From the NCBI GenBank assembly GCA_900321105.1, contig OOHL01000002.1, forward strand, positions 141,656-205,655: a stretch of DNA of 64,000 bases, written 5' to 3'. The stretch is from an uncultured Pseudomonadota bacterium (GTDB taxonomy: Bacteria; Pseudomonadota; Alphaproteobacteria; Rs-D84). The translations under genes and the position numbers were made by a program. Of the stretch, positions 9,078-18,705 are shown piece by piece; the stretch's first letter is position 1; each line of letters opens with the position of its first letter. Below the pieces are notes generated by a model. The model had not been told where the DNA came from. It searched no databases and worked only from the letters and a program-made list of their open reading frames with translations.

Positions 9078-10028
9078 ATGAAAACCAAAATTATCTATAT
9101 TTCCGGGGATGAAGTTTTTGATATGCGTGATATTCGCGCCGCATTTGAAGAAGTCCGCAACGCATTGAATCTGGATAAATCAACTGTGTTATTTGGTGTG
9201 CCGGTTGACGCTGACGATGCGTGTTTAAGCACAACAGAAAAAAATGAAACCATCATCGAAACAGCACCTGTTATAGATAAAGAACCTGAAATTGTCGAAC
9301 CAATTATTGATGAAGAAACAATTAAAGAAATCCCTGAACAAGAATCCGAAGAAATCATTGAAGAAGTTGTCGAAGAAACAACCCTGGTTGAAAAGCCGAA
9401 GAAACGTGGCCGTCCACGCAAAGAACAAATTGTAGAAGAAGTTGTTGAACCAGAATCCGAATCAGAAATTATCAACGAAGCAGACGAAAAAGTTGTTCCT
9501 ATATTATCCATACTTTCAACCAACGATAAAGTAGAAGAAGTTGCAGAAGACAGCACACCTGAAAATGTTGAAATTATCTCAGAAATATCTGACGATGCCG
9601 ACACTGAAAGTGTTGAAATTCCAGAAACAGTCGAAGATTCCGCCGGAGAAAAAATCGTTGATACAGCCGATGAAGACGAAGGTGATTTAGAAAAATTATT
9701 ATCTGCAATGACGCCTTTGGATATTGTTGAAGAAAAACAAATTGAAGAACCAGCGCAAGAAATCAAAAATGAAGACGAAGATATTTCCGTTGATGCAACA
9801 TTGGAACAATTAGCAACTGAATTCGCAGAAACCCAAGACAAAATCGCATCAGAAAACAAATCTTCATCACGCAGCAAGATTGGAAAATTGCGTAACATTT
9901 TACCGTTCAAACAATCAAAACACAAAGATACCGGATTGGGGGATTTATTTGGATGGGCGGGCATTGCCGCAAATGATGAAGATTTTTCTGTACCTGGATT
10001 CTTTACGAATGCCGTCGGTAAAAAATAA
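9078..10028 (+). CDS. Highly acidic low-complexity hypothetical protein with an AT-hook-like motif
   Basis: Glu/Asp-rich; KPKKRGRPRK; SD-like GGGGGA before ATG 9078. Confidence 0.7.
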   Translation: MKTKIIYISGDEVFDMRDIRAAFEEVRNALNLDKSTVLFGVPVDADDACLSTTEKNETIIETAPVIDKEPEIVEPIIDEETIKEIPEQESEEIIEEVVEETTLVEKPKKRGRPRKEQIVEEVVEPESESEIINEADEKVVPILSILSTNDKVEEVAEDSTPENVEIISEISDDADTESVEIPETVEDSAGEKIVDTADEDEGDLEKLLSAMTPLDIVEEKQIEEPAQEIKNEDEDISVDATLEQLATEFAETQDKIASENKSSSRSKIGKLRNILPFKQSKHKDTGLGDLFGWAGIAANDEDFSVPGFFTNAVGKK

Positions 10029-10030
10029 AA

Positions 10031-10513
10031 ATGGAAGAAACAACCATTATAAATTTGCTTACTAATTCCGGGCTGAAAGTATTCGGCATGGATTCTGATT
10101 TTATTTATTTTGAAGATCCGTCTTGTATTTTTCCTGCATTTGATACTTTCCTTGAATACGCATGGATGTTCATATTGATTATGTTTGCAATAACGCTTCT
10201 TGGTTGGGGTATGTTATATATCAAAAATGGAATAAAAATAAATACACTTTTCAACAATGCCAAGACTGTTCTTTTGATACTTGGAACATTGGCGGTTGTA
10301 AAACCAGCAGTTAATATTGTTTATGGTGACGATTTATTTGCGAAACAATGCGAAGTGAAACAGGTATCGCGTGCCGCTGTAAATGAATTGCTGGAAACCA
10401 GAAATAAAAAATTTGGTAAATCAGATGAGTATTTATTATACGAAACTTTTACTGTTGTAGATTCAGGCCCGGTCTTTTCAGATACTGATTATATAGAAAA
10501 TACAGATGAATAA
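10031..10513 (+). CDS. Hypothetical membrane protein
   Basis: Two hydrophobic segments; starts just after the previous stop. Confidence 0.65.
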   Translation: MEETTIINLLTNSGLKVFGMDSDFIYFEDPSCIFPAFDTFLEYAWMFILIMFAITLLGWGMLYIKNGIKINTLFNNAKTVLLILGTLAVVKPAVNIVYGDDLFAKQCEVKQVSRAAVNELLETRNKKFGKSDEYLLYETFTVVDSGPVFSDTDYIENTDE

Positions 10514-10517
10514 TAAA

Positions 10518-11207
10518 TTATTTATCCAGCAAATGCATATTTCGTGCTGAATATATAATATCACCAGATACCAACAGATGATCGTATAAACTTATGCCCA
10601 GTTTTTCCAGTGCACTTTCTGTTTCTTGGGTAATTAAAATATCTTGTGATGAAAAAGAATTATAAGAACCAGGATGATTATGTAACATAACAATACTTTG
10701 CGCATTTAAATCCAACGCTTTCTTTGCAATTTCACGAACATATACCGCCGCCCAATCAATGGTTCCTGTGCTGTGCAATTCGTCTTTTATCAATCTGTAT
10801 TGCCCATCCAAATAAAACACATGAAATTCTTCTTTCGTTTTACCAGCCAACAATATCTTGCAATAATTTGTCAGCTTTTCGAAATTATGAAATATAGGCG
10901 CACCATCAAATGCAACCTTGTATTCCAATTCCATTAATTTATGAACCACTTTGAAAAACGTTGCAGTGTTTTCTTTGATACCATCGTTTTCCATCAAAGA
11001 TTCCATTGGTGCAGATAACAATTTATGAATACTGCCATATTTCTTAAAAAGTTGTCTTGATAATGCCCTGACATCGCGTCTTGGTATCGCATATGTCAAA
11101 AGCAATTCCAGAATTTCATATTCTGCCAATTGACCATCCAGAAACTTTTTACGCAAACGCGCACGATGTCCAGATTGCAAAGATTGTAATTCATCAGATT
11201 TAATCAT
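10518..11207 (-). CDS. radC: RadC/JAB-domain protein
   Basis: GHRARLR, YEILELLL, HNHP.S...S.QD, DHL. Confidence 0.92.
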   Translation of the reverse strand: MIKSDELQSLQSGHRARLRKKFLDGQLAEYEILELLLTYAIPRRDVRALSRQLFKKYGSIHKLLSAPMESLMENDGIKENTATFFKVVHKLMELEYKVAFDGAPIFHNFEKLTNYCKILLAGKTKEEFHVFYLDGQYRLIKDELHSTGTIDWAAVYVREIAKKALDLNAQSIVMLHNHPGSYNSFSSQDILITQETESALEKLGISLYDHLLVSGDIIYSARNMHLLDK

Positions 11208-11970
11208 GTGGCATTTTTTCTGTGAATATAATCACACCATCTTCGGTTATACCCAATGTATGTTCCCATTGTGCGGATAATCCACCATCTGCAGTACGTA
11301 CAGTCCAACCATCTTTTTCATCAGTCACACATTTATATGTTCCTGTGTTTATCATTGGTTCAATCGTAAACACAAATCCAGGCTGCATAATCAATTTATC
11401 ATATGCCTTGTCATAGAAATGCAATATATTTGGATTATCATGCATAACCTTGCCAATACCATGTCCACAATAATCACGAACAATAGAATAACCATGCGGA
11501 TGCACGACACTTTCTATGGTCTTACCAATTTCAGAAAGAGGCACGCCTGGTGCACAAATTGAAATTGCCGCATTAAGAGCATCTTGGCATACCTGAACTA
11601 ATTTTCGCGCCTGATTAGAAACATTACCAACCATAAACATACGCGATGCATCACCATGGAAACCATGATATTCAGCGGTCAAATCTATATTTACAATATC
11701 ACCATCTTTTAAAATTTCGTTATCGTTCGGAATACCATGACACACAACATCGTTAATCGAAGTACAAATACTTTTTGGATATCCCATATATCCCAAATCA
11801 GATGAACGCGCACCATTTTCTTTTAAAAACTGTGCAACCAATCTATCTATTTCACCGGTTGAAATTCCCGCAACAATATGTGGCGCAATAAAATCAAAAC
11901 ATCGGGCAACCAAGTCCCCAGACACACGCAACCTTTTAAAATCTTTTGGTGCATACACAGATGATAACAT
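11200..11970 (-). CDS. map: Type I methionine aminopeptidase
   Basis: CTSINDVVCHGIP, GHGIG, FTIEPM, AQWEHT. Confidence 0.96.
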   Translation of the reverse strand: MLSSVYAPKDFKRLRVSGDLVARCFDFIAPHIVAGISTGEIDRLVAQFLKENGARSSDLGYMGYPKSICTSINDVVCHGIPNDNEILKDGDIVNIDLTAEYHGFHGDASRMFMVGNVSNQARKLVQVCQDALNAAISICAPGVPLSEIGKTIESVVHPHGYSIVRDYCGHGIGKVMHDNPNILHFYDKAYDKLIMQPGFVFTIEPMINTGTYKCVTDEKDGWTVRTADGGLSAQWEHTLGITEDGVIIFTEKMPHD

Positions 11971-11972
11971 TT

Positions 11973-12959
11973 TTATTTCCTTCTTTTTAAAGCCAATTTG
12001 GCAGCACGCACAGATAACTTCAACGAAAAATCACGAATCAAAATTTCCGGCTGCATACCACTGGTACGACACATCTTTTCCAAATCGTTCAATTTAGATA
12101 AAACATTTACAATTTCGCTTTCCGGCCAAATTTTCATAGCCATATTAAATTTATCAGCAACCTTCCAAAAAAGTTTTGGCAATTGCCCATCAACCACGGC
12201 TATCAATAAACGCGTAAAATGATTATACAACATTCGCACCAACATATTCGCATCTGCACCACCGTAAAGCAATCTGTCCAGCGCAACCATGGTTTGATTT
12301 ATATGTCCAGCAGTCAAAGAATACATATAATCATCCGCACTGGTCGCAGAAGTATCCGGCAAACATTTTTCAACATCTTCCAAATCAACAACATGTTTAT
12401 CGGAAACATAGATTGCTATTTTTTGCAAGAAACTGCGCGTGATACCACGATCGCCGCCCATATGTGACAACATATAAGACATTGCATCTGGTGTCACCTG
12501 ACGAATTCCAGATGCAGCGGATAATTCTTTGTGAATTAAAGCTTCCAGGGTTTTAGTATCATCTGAATAACATGCAATTGCGGCGATATTTGAACCATCT
12601 TCAAATAATTTACGCAGTGATGCAGGTCTTAAATCCCCGGCCGTCACAATAACTGTTGCACACAAAGATGAAGATGTCACTAAATCAGATATTATCTTTG
12701 TATCACTGTCCCCCGCACCAGATATTATGACAGCCTTGCGACCACCAAACATGGATGGACTGCAACTTTCTGCGAACACCGCATCTTGTTTATCGCGCAA
12801 TTCATTTGCATCCAATGCCAATAAATTATCTTTTTCTATTTCCAGTTTTTCGATTGCCTTGTCACACAATTCATCAACCAAACCCGCATCTGGTCCATAT
12901 ATCAACACTGCATTGATATTTGTAATTCCAGAATTAAAATCTGATTCACGCCATTTCAT
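11973..12959 (-). CDS. holA: DNA polymerase III delta subunit
   Basis: LIYGPDAGLV, SMFGG, LRKLFE; lptE-holA synteny. Confidence 0.85.
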   Translation of the reverse strand: MKWRESDFNSGITNINAVLIYGPDAGLVDELCDKAIEKLEIEKDNLLALDANELRDKQDAVFAESCSPSMFGGRKAVIISGAGDSDTKIISDLVTSSSLCATVIVTAGDLRPASLRKLFEDGSNIAAIACYSDDTKTLEALIHKELSAASGIRQVTPDAMSYMLSHMGGDRGITRSFLQKIAIYVSDKHVVDLEDVEKCLPDTSATSADDYMYSLTAGHINQTMVALDRLLYGGADANMLVRMLYNHFTRLLIAVVDGQLPKLFWKVADKFNMAMKIWPESEIVNVLSKLNDLEKMCRTSGMQPEILIRDFSLKLSVRAAKLALKRRK

Positions 12960-13417
12960 TATTTATTTTCTTGTTTTTGTATTTCGGCAATAACACGCAT
13001 ACTGATTTTTTCAGACAATTGGTGTATAGAATTCATAACCGCATTATTATACGACGCATTTGATGCCACCAAATAACGCACAAAAGTATAACTTTCCGCT
13101 GCAGATTCAGATGATGAAGCAATAACTTTATTGCCCTGCTTTAATGTATAGGACGCGTTTAATTTTACTTCTTGCCAAACCGCATCACCCGCACGTTCAA
13201 ATGCCTTGTATTGTGTTGTTGGTTCATGCAAATTAACTGTCAGTGTATATTTAGCATTCTGTTCATGAATTCCACCAAATTGTGAATTCAAAGAATTACG
13301 CAATTCAATACCGTTAATACCACTTATTGGGCCAACATACACATCTGTTTTATCGCCTGAATAAATAGGTCTGAAACTGCACGCAGCCAATGTTAAAAGT
13401 AAAATTAGTTTTTTCAT
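12959..13417 (-). CDS. lptE: LPS assembly lipoprotein LptE
   Basis: Lipobox LAAC-SFRPIY; directly upstream of holA. Confidence 0.75.
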   Translation of the reverse strand: MKKLILLLTLAACSFRPIYSGDKTDVYVGPISGINGIELRNSLNSQFGGIHEQNAKYTLTVNLHEPTTQYKAFERAGDAVWQEVKLNASYTLKQGNKVIASSSESAAESYTFVRYLVASNASYNNAVMNSIHQLSEKISMRVIAEIQKQENK

Positions 13418-13482
13418 GTCTTTTTCCTGTTGAACTTTACCTTAATATTAGCTACACTTTTCATAAATCGCAAGGGGGAATC

Positions 13483-14724
13483 TTGAATATTTTTTTAATT
13501 CTTTTGTCCGTAATAATTATGGCGGGGTATTATGTTATATCATCCCCATCCCAGCGAATAATTGAACACGAAACAGAATACGCTATAAAACGGGCTGATT
13601 TACGTTCGATTGCAGAATGTGTTGTATCTGCACAAAATGCTGCAATGTACGGTGAAAAATTCACTGATATATGCACCGCTAAATACGACATTGTCAGCCA
13701 ATATATATGTATGAACAATAAATACAATATTGTTTCCTGCGATTCTGGCGATGCCAAGGCACCTGAATATAATTTCATTATCACGACCAGTTCGCCATTA
13801 CCAGACAACGAATATAATAACATGTTGGAAATATTAGAAAAATATTATCCAGATGCCGGGACTTTTGGTGTTTTCATAAATCCTGATTTGATGTCGGCAG
13901 GTTCTGTGTCACGTCGTACAATACCAAAGAAAGTAATTGACGCCGCAAAACTGGAAACAGGTCAATTAATGTATATGATGCAATATAAAATACCAGATGA
14001 AACTATTGATTATCCTGTTGTTGACGGTTCGAACATTCTTTGCCCGGCTGGAACAATGAAAACTTTCCGATTTGGTCGTTGGCAATGCATTGATTATAAC
14101 TATAAAATCTCATGTACTGGTGATACAATATGGGATCCAGATTTGATGGAATGTGTCGCAGATGAAAATCGCAAACCATTATGTTCCAACAATCAAACCG
14201 CCGTTATGATTGACGACATATGGGAATGTGTTGATCCTTTTTCGGATCAAACATGCGACGCAGGTATGATTGCACGTCTTAATTACAGCACATTGACATG
14301 GGAATGCGTTACAGATCCAAACGCAACCAAAAATGTAAAAAAATGCGATAACATCGCATTAAACACACCAAACCGTGGTGGTATTGGTGCAACATTACGT
14401 GTGCGTTCTGTGTCATGTACAGATTGTGAAATTCCGGTTGTTGATAACGAAACATGCGAAACATATTGTATTGCAGACGCGAATAAATTGAATGACCCAA
14501 AATGTTATGATGGTGATATATCCGAATGCAGTGGTGTAAACCGTGGATTATATTTTGGTTTTTCATCTAAATCACGTATTGACGGAATCAAAGCCTTGGA
14601 AAACGCAACGGTTATTTTAGACAGAAACCACAGCCAAAACAGAATGTTTAATTGTATGGATTGTGGCGATGGCGAAATAGACACAAAACAATCAATATCG
14701 CCATACACCGCCGTTTGTAAATAA
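13483..14724 (+). CDS. Membrane-anchored Cys-rich repeat protein
   Basis: SD plus TTG at 13483; N-terminal TM; repeated W/M-ECV..C motifs. Confidence 0.7.
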   Translation: MNIFLILLSVIIMAGYYVISSPSQRIIEHETEYAIKRADLRSIAECVVSAQNAAMYGEKFTDICTAKYDIVSQYICMNNKYNIVSCDSGDAKAPEYNFIITTSSPLPDNEYNNMLEILEKYYPDAGTFGVFINPDLMSAGSVSRRTIPKKVIDAAKLETGQLMYMMQYKIPDETIDYPVVDGSNILCPAGTMKTFRFGRWQCIDYNYKISCTGDTIWDPDLMECVADENRKPLCSNNQTAVMIDDIWECVDPFSDQTCDAGMIARLNYSTLTWECVTDPNATKNVKKCDNIALNTPNRGGIGATLRVRSVSCTDCEIPVVDNETCETYCIADANKLNDPKCYDGDISECSGVNRGLYFGFSSKSRIDGIKALENATVILDRNHSQNRMFNCMDCGDGEIDTKQSISPYTAVCK

Positions 14725-15204
14725 ATTAAATTCTTGCCTGCGGCGATTTGATAACCCCGCCATAACGCATCCAGAAGATTTATTCCATGTCATCCATGCA
14801 GATTCTAAATTCGGGTATACAGAACTGTAAAAATTCGGATTATTTACATATTTAACGACTGTTGAGTTTGTAAAATTTTTGACACCTATGTTGTAAGCCA
14901 AAGATACAAGTGCATCAAATTGATTCTGCGATAAAGGTACCGTTATATTTTCTTGTACACCACGTTCTGCCGTTGCAATATCAACGCGTAATAATTCGGT
15001 GGCTTTAGCTTCAGAAATCCCATTTTTAAAATCTTCGCCTTGCTTTATCAAATGTCCATAACCAATTGTTGCACCACGCGGCAAAGGTTCGTTTGTGTTC
15101 ACAGGTTTTCCGGTTTTATCGTCATAAATGATATGAATATTGCCGTATTTTACGCATCCTTCACATTGTTTCAAGAATAATATCCCATTATCACTGATTT
15201 TCAT
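14692..15204 (-). CDS. GH24 (phage-type) lysozyme
   Basis: LKQCEG, TIGYGH, LSQNQFDALVSLAYNIG, GLSNRR..E. Confidence 0.9.
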   Translation of the reverse strand: MKISDNGILFLKQCEGCVKYGNIHIIYDDKTGKPVNTNEPLPRGATIGYGHLIKQGEDFKNGISEAKATELLRVDIATAERGVQENITVPLSQNQFDALVSLAYNIGVKNFTNSTVVKYVNNPNFYSSVYPNLESAWMTWNKSSGCVMAGLSNRRRQEFNLFTNGGVWRY

Positions 15205-15216
15205 ATTCTATCCTTT

Positions 15217-15312
15217 TAAAACAAAAAATCCCGCGTGTACGGGATAAAAAAAGACGGTAAAAACCGTCCGTCAAATCATAGATATTATATCACAAAATCG
15301 TTCAAAAATCAA
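15217..15312 (-). promoter_or_regulatory. Promoter plus double-hairpin leader, copy 1
   Basis: TTGATT..TGTGATATAAT followed by gacgg/ccgtc-T and cccg/cggg-T hairpins; homolog at 20462-20558. Confidence 0.55.
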
Positions 15313-15516
15313 GATAACCTATTTTAATACACCGGGTAATTGCGTGGATAATCTGGATCATGTTGCAAATCTGATTTTACACCACAGCCGCCCAAAACCA
15401 GTGCGCACAACAAAACCATACAAATTAAAAATAATATCTTTTTCATACGCATATTATAAAAAGATTTATTTACATTGTCAATTTATGAAAAATCCCGATT
15501 GCGCACCGGGATTATT

Positions 15517-15990
15517 TTATCGTGTATAAAATTTTAATTGTTCTACGATTACCCTGTTAATTTCAGGTGTAATATAATAAGGCCATGGATATTTATCTTG
15601 TTTTTCGAAATGAACAACTATTGACGGTATATCTTTATGTTTTAAATTAGGGACAATATAAATATTTTTACCATCACCAATTTTGATAACAGAAACCGTT
15701 CTGTATTTTGCATCTTGGATTGTTTCAAAATCTGCATCCTTTAATTGTTGCAGGAAATTTCTTATTTGTAGTTTATTTGGCAATAATATGGTCTTATTCC
15801 AACCTGTACCGGATTTCTGTTCGTACGCAACAGGTATAGTCTTGCTTGATTCGAACAAAGAATAATCTGTCAATAATTTATTTGGGGGCACCAAAGTATA
15901 TTGTTCAACTATCTTATATTGTGATTGTTTTTGATAAGTTTGTTGAATATTTTGATTTGATCCCATTTTCTTTTTTAAAAATTCAAACAT
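15517..15990 (-). CDS. Hypothetical protein
   Basis: 157-aa ORF with SD AAGG. Confidence 0.6.
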   Translation of the reverse strand: MFEFLKKKMGSNQNIQQTYQKQSQYKIVEQYTLVPPNKLLTDYSLFESSKTIPVAYEQKSGTGWNKTILLPNKLQIRNFLQQLKDADFETIQDAKYRTVSVIKIGDGKNIYIVPNLKHKDIPSIVVHFEKQDKYPWPYYITPEINRVIVEQLKFYTR

Positions 15991-16126
15991 TGCCTTACCT
16001 TTTATTAACAGCGATAGGAAATATAGAATAAAATCCTTGCAAAAGTCAACATTTATAGAAAAAAATAGTTTTATGAAAAAAATGCTTGATTTTAATGATA
16101 TTTCAGTATAAGATTGGTCTTGCTCT

Positions 16127-16204
16127 GGGGTGTTAGCTCAGCTGGTTTAGAGCGTCTGCCTGTCACGCAGAAGGTCGAGGGTTCGAGCCCCTTACATCCC
16201 GCCA
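16127..16204 (+). tRNA. tRNA-Asp(GTC)
   Basis: Cloverleaf, GTC anticodon, TTCG T-loop, 3' CCA. Confidence 0.95.
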
Positions 16205-16213
16205 GAGATTTTT

Positions 16214-16288
16214 AGCCCCATCGTCTAATGGTTAGGACACCGCCCTTTCAAGGCGAGAATCCCGGTTCAAATCCGAGTGGGGCTGCCA
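16214..16288 (+). tRNA. tRNA-Glu(TTC)
   Basis: AGCCCCA/TGGGGCT acceptor stem, TTC anticodon, CCA. Confidence 0.92.
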
Positions 16289-16533
16289 AAATTCAAAAAT
16301 CGGGTTTTATGCCCGATTTTTTAATTTTGCTAAAAAGCCCCACGAGGATTGCGCAAGAGTGTCAACGGCACGATATGTGCCGTTAGAAAACGAAGTTTTC
16401 GTTGGCGATAGCCAACAAGACACGCATGGCGAAAACGAAAATACACAATTAGAAAAATCATAAAAACGGAGTTTTTAAATACGAGTTTTTATAGATTTTT
16501 ATTATTGCGTATTGAGGCAAGCAAGTGGGGCTG

Positions 16534-16602
16534 TTTTCCAATACTTTCAGTGGTTCGTAAGTTAGCTGTCAAAAACACACACCGTTTCACACATTTACGA
16601 AC
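16534..16602. repeat. Intergenic repeat family A, copy 1
   Basis: ccaata..gttcgtaagttagctgtcaaaaac..cacatttacgaac; internal inverted repeat gttcgtaa/ttacgaac. Confidence 0.85.
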
Positions 16603-16655
16603 TTTTTACCGACACGCTTGACATTTTATGAGTTTTTTCTATAATATAGCGTGAG

Positions 16656-16736
16656 ATGATGAAAGATAGTTTGAATCTTAATAGTATTATTAAATCTGCA
16701 CATTTTTGTGCATGTGGTTTTTATTACGCCTATTAA
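16656..16736 (+). CDS. Putative tyrS leader peptide (26 aa, ends FYYAY)
   Basis: MMKDSLNLNSIIKSAHFCACGFYYAY*; Tyr codons clustered next to the attenuator hairpins. Confidence 0.7.
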   Translation: MMKDSLNLNSIIKSAHFCACGFYYAY

Positions 16737-16805
16737 CCCCTTATGGTGTTATGGGTTTGATTGGCTTTGGCACCATAAGGGGATTTTGCCAAAGCCAATT
16801 TTTTT
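16737..16805 (+). promoter_or_regulatory. Attenuator (antiterminator/terminator) upstream of tyrS
   Basis: 16737-48 pairs with 16771-82; competing 16760-72/16787-99 stem plus T-run. Confidence 0.75.
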
Positions 16806-16833
16806 ATTCATAACAAAAACAAAGGATTAAGTA

Positions 16834-18030
16834 ATGAAAACCAAAGAACAAATTATAGATGAAATATTGGACCGTGGGGTAATTGTTGATATTTTACCAT
16901 CACGAGAAGAATTCAAGAAAAAACTGATGACTGAAAAGTTGCGGTTTTTCATAGGTGCCGACCCGACCAATGCATCGTTGCACCTGTCGCATGCCAAGAA
17001 CTTTATGTTGTTGGAAGAATTTCGAAAACTGGGACATGAAGTATTTGTACTGTTCGGTGATTTTACCGCGTGCATCGGCGACCCCAGCGACCGAAACTCT
17101 GCACGTGCCAGATTAACCCCAGAACAAGTACACGAATTTTCAAAAGATTGGGTTCGACAGATTTCGCCACTTATAAATTTCGACGATGCAGATAATCCCG
17201 CACACATTGTTTTCAATGGCGATTGGTTGAATAAACTTTCTATGCGTGATTTGATAGAACTCGCATCAAATACCACTGTACAACATATGCTAGAACGAGA
17301 TATGTTTCAAAAAAGGATGGCAGAAAACCGACCAATTCACCTGCATGAATTTCTGTACCCAATTTTCCAAGGTTTTGATTCTGTGGCATTGGATGCCGAT
17401 GTTGAATTGTGCGGTGTTGACCAAACATTTAATGCATTGATGGGACGAACTTTGTTGAAAAAATTAAAAAACAAAGAAAAGTTCATTGTGTGCAACAATT
17501 TGATGGAAAACCCAATAACCGGCGAACTGATGTCTAAATCTCGTGGAACTGGCGTATTTTTGAATACGGATGCAAATACTATGTTTGGGCAAATAATGGC
17601 TCAACCAGATGAAATGATACGTATTTTCTTGATAAATAATACTCGTGTTCCATTGGATGAAATAGATGCGTTAGACATTGAAAATAATCCAATGAATGCC
17701 AAATTATTTACAGCACATAAAATCGTAGAAATATTCCACGGTGTCGATGCGGCAAATTCCGCGATGGAACATTTTAAGAATACTTTTTCAAATAAAGTGT
17801 TTCCCGAAAATGCGACTGAATTTACAACAGATAAACCGGAATTATCTGTAATAGAAGTGTTACAAATTGGTATGCCTGATGTATCAAAAACTGAATTACG
17901 AAGATTAGTTTCACAAAATGCCGTCACAATAAATGATGAAAAGGTTGCTGATATAAATCAGATTATACCAACCAATAGTACATTGTTTGTTCGTGTAGGA
18001 CGTAAAACATTCTTCAAAATAGTAAAATAA
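16834..18030 (+). CDS. tyrS: Tyrosyl-tRNA synthetase
   Basis: GADPT..SLHLSH (HIGH-like), EFLYPIFQGFD, GVDQTFN, LMSKS, C-terminal S4 domain. Confidence 0.93.
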   Translation: MKTKEQIIDEILDRGVIVDILPSREEFKKKLMTEKLRFFIGADPTNASLHLSHAKNFMLLEEFRKLGHEVFVLFGDFTACIGDPSDRNSARARLTPEQVHEFSKDWVRQISPLINFDDADNPAHIVFNGDWLNKLSMRDLIELASNTTVQHMLERDMFQKRMAENRPIHLHEFLYPIFQGFDSVALDADVELCGVDQTFNALMGRTLLKKLKNKEKFIVCNNLMENPITGELMSKSRGTGVFLNTDANTMFGQIMAQPDEMIRIFLINNTRVPLDEIDALDIENNPMNAKLFTAHKIVEIFHGVDAANSAMEHFKNTFSNKVFPENATEFTTDKPELSVIEVLQIGMPDVSKTELRRLVSQNAVTINDEKVADINQIIPTNSTLFVRVGRKTFFKIVK

Positions 18031-18042
18031 TGATACGTTATC

Positions 18043-18069
18043 TAAACCGACCTTTTGGGTCGGTTTTTT
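18043..18069 (+). terminator. tyrS terminator
   Basis: aaaccgacc/ggtcggttt stem plus T-run. Confidence 0.75.
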
Positions 18070-18074
18070 CTTTG

Positions 18075-18143
18075 TTTCCCAATACTTTCAGTGGTTCGTA
18101 AGTTAGCTGTCAAAAACACCCACCGTTTTGCACATTTACGAAC
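18075..18143. repeat. Intergenic repeat family A, copy 2
   Basis: Near-identical to 16534-16602. Confidence 0.85.
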
Positions 18144-18152
18144 TGTTTATTG

Positions 18153-18695
18153 TTATTTACTGGTATTTACCCATACACGATGTTCTTTATGTCCGTCAAC
18201 AACACTATCTTCTATCTGTTTGCCACCGTACATATTCATCAACCCTATTATTGCACGATATGAAGCAGAATTCTTTTCATCGCAAGTCATAAGGACACGA
18301 TCCAAACCAAGTTTATGGGCTTCTTCTAAACACAATTTTATACCAATGAAACTTGAATACTTGCCACGATATTTTGGCGATATATTAGCTGCAATATGTC
18401 CACCAATTTGTTCTAGGTGTGGTGTCAAAGCATGACGAATAGAAAAAGAACCGACAAAATTATCGTCGTCAAGCAACCAAAATCTAGTTTCTGGAACCCA
18501 TCCTTCTGGTAAATTTTTTGCATTTTCATAATCCGATAATTGTTTTAAATATTCATCGGCTTTGTTTTCGTCTATAGCTTTTATCAATGGGTCAATACCA
18601 CCACGTCCAAAATGATTAGTGTCGAACTTGTAATCGTTAATAATTTGCAAGAATGAATTCAGATATTCTTTTGAAGGTTTTACAAGTTTCAGCAT
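18153..18695 (-). CDS. GNAT family acetyltransferase
   Basis: WVPETRFW, IRHALT..L..GGHI, ISPKYRGK, TCDEKNSAS. Confidence 0.85.
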   Translation of the reverse strand: MLKLVKPSKEYLNSFLQIINDYKFDTNHFGRGGIDPLIKAIDENKADEYLKQLSDYENAKNLPEGWVPETRFWLLDDDNFVGSFSIRHALTPHLEQIGGHIAANISPKYRGKYSSFIGIKLCLEEAHKLGLDRVLMTCDEKNSASYRAIIGLMNMYGGKQIEDSVVDGHKEHRVWVNTSK

Positions 18696-18705
18696 TTATG
18701 TTCTC

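Noticed and set aside
9095-9964. 289-aa Ser-rich antisense ORF
   Set aside because: Shadow of the Glu-rich gene (GAA reads as TTC/TCT on the opposite strand).
16620-16830. T-box riboswitch upstream of tyrS
   Set aside because: No TGGnACC T-box bulge motif in a valid context or stem I seen; the leader-peptide model fits better.
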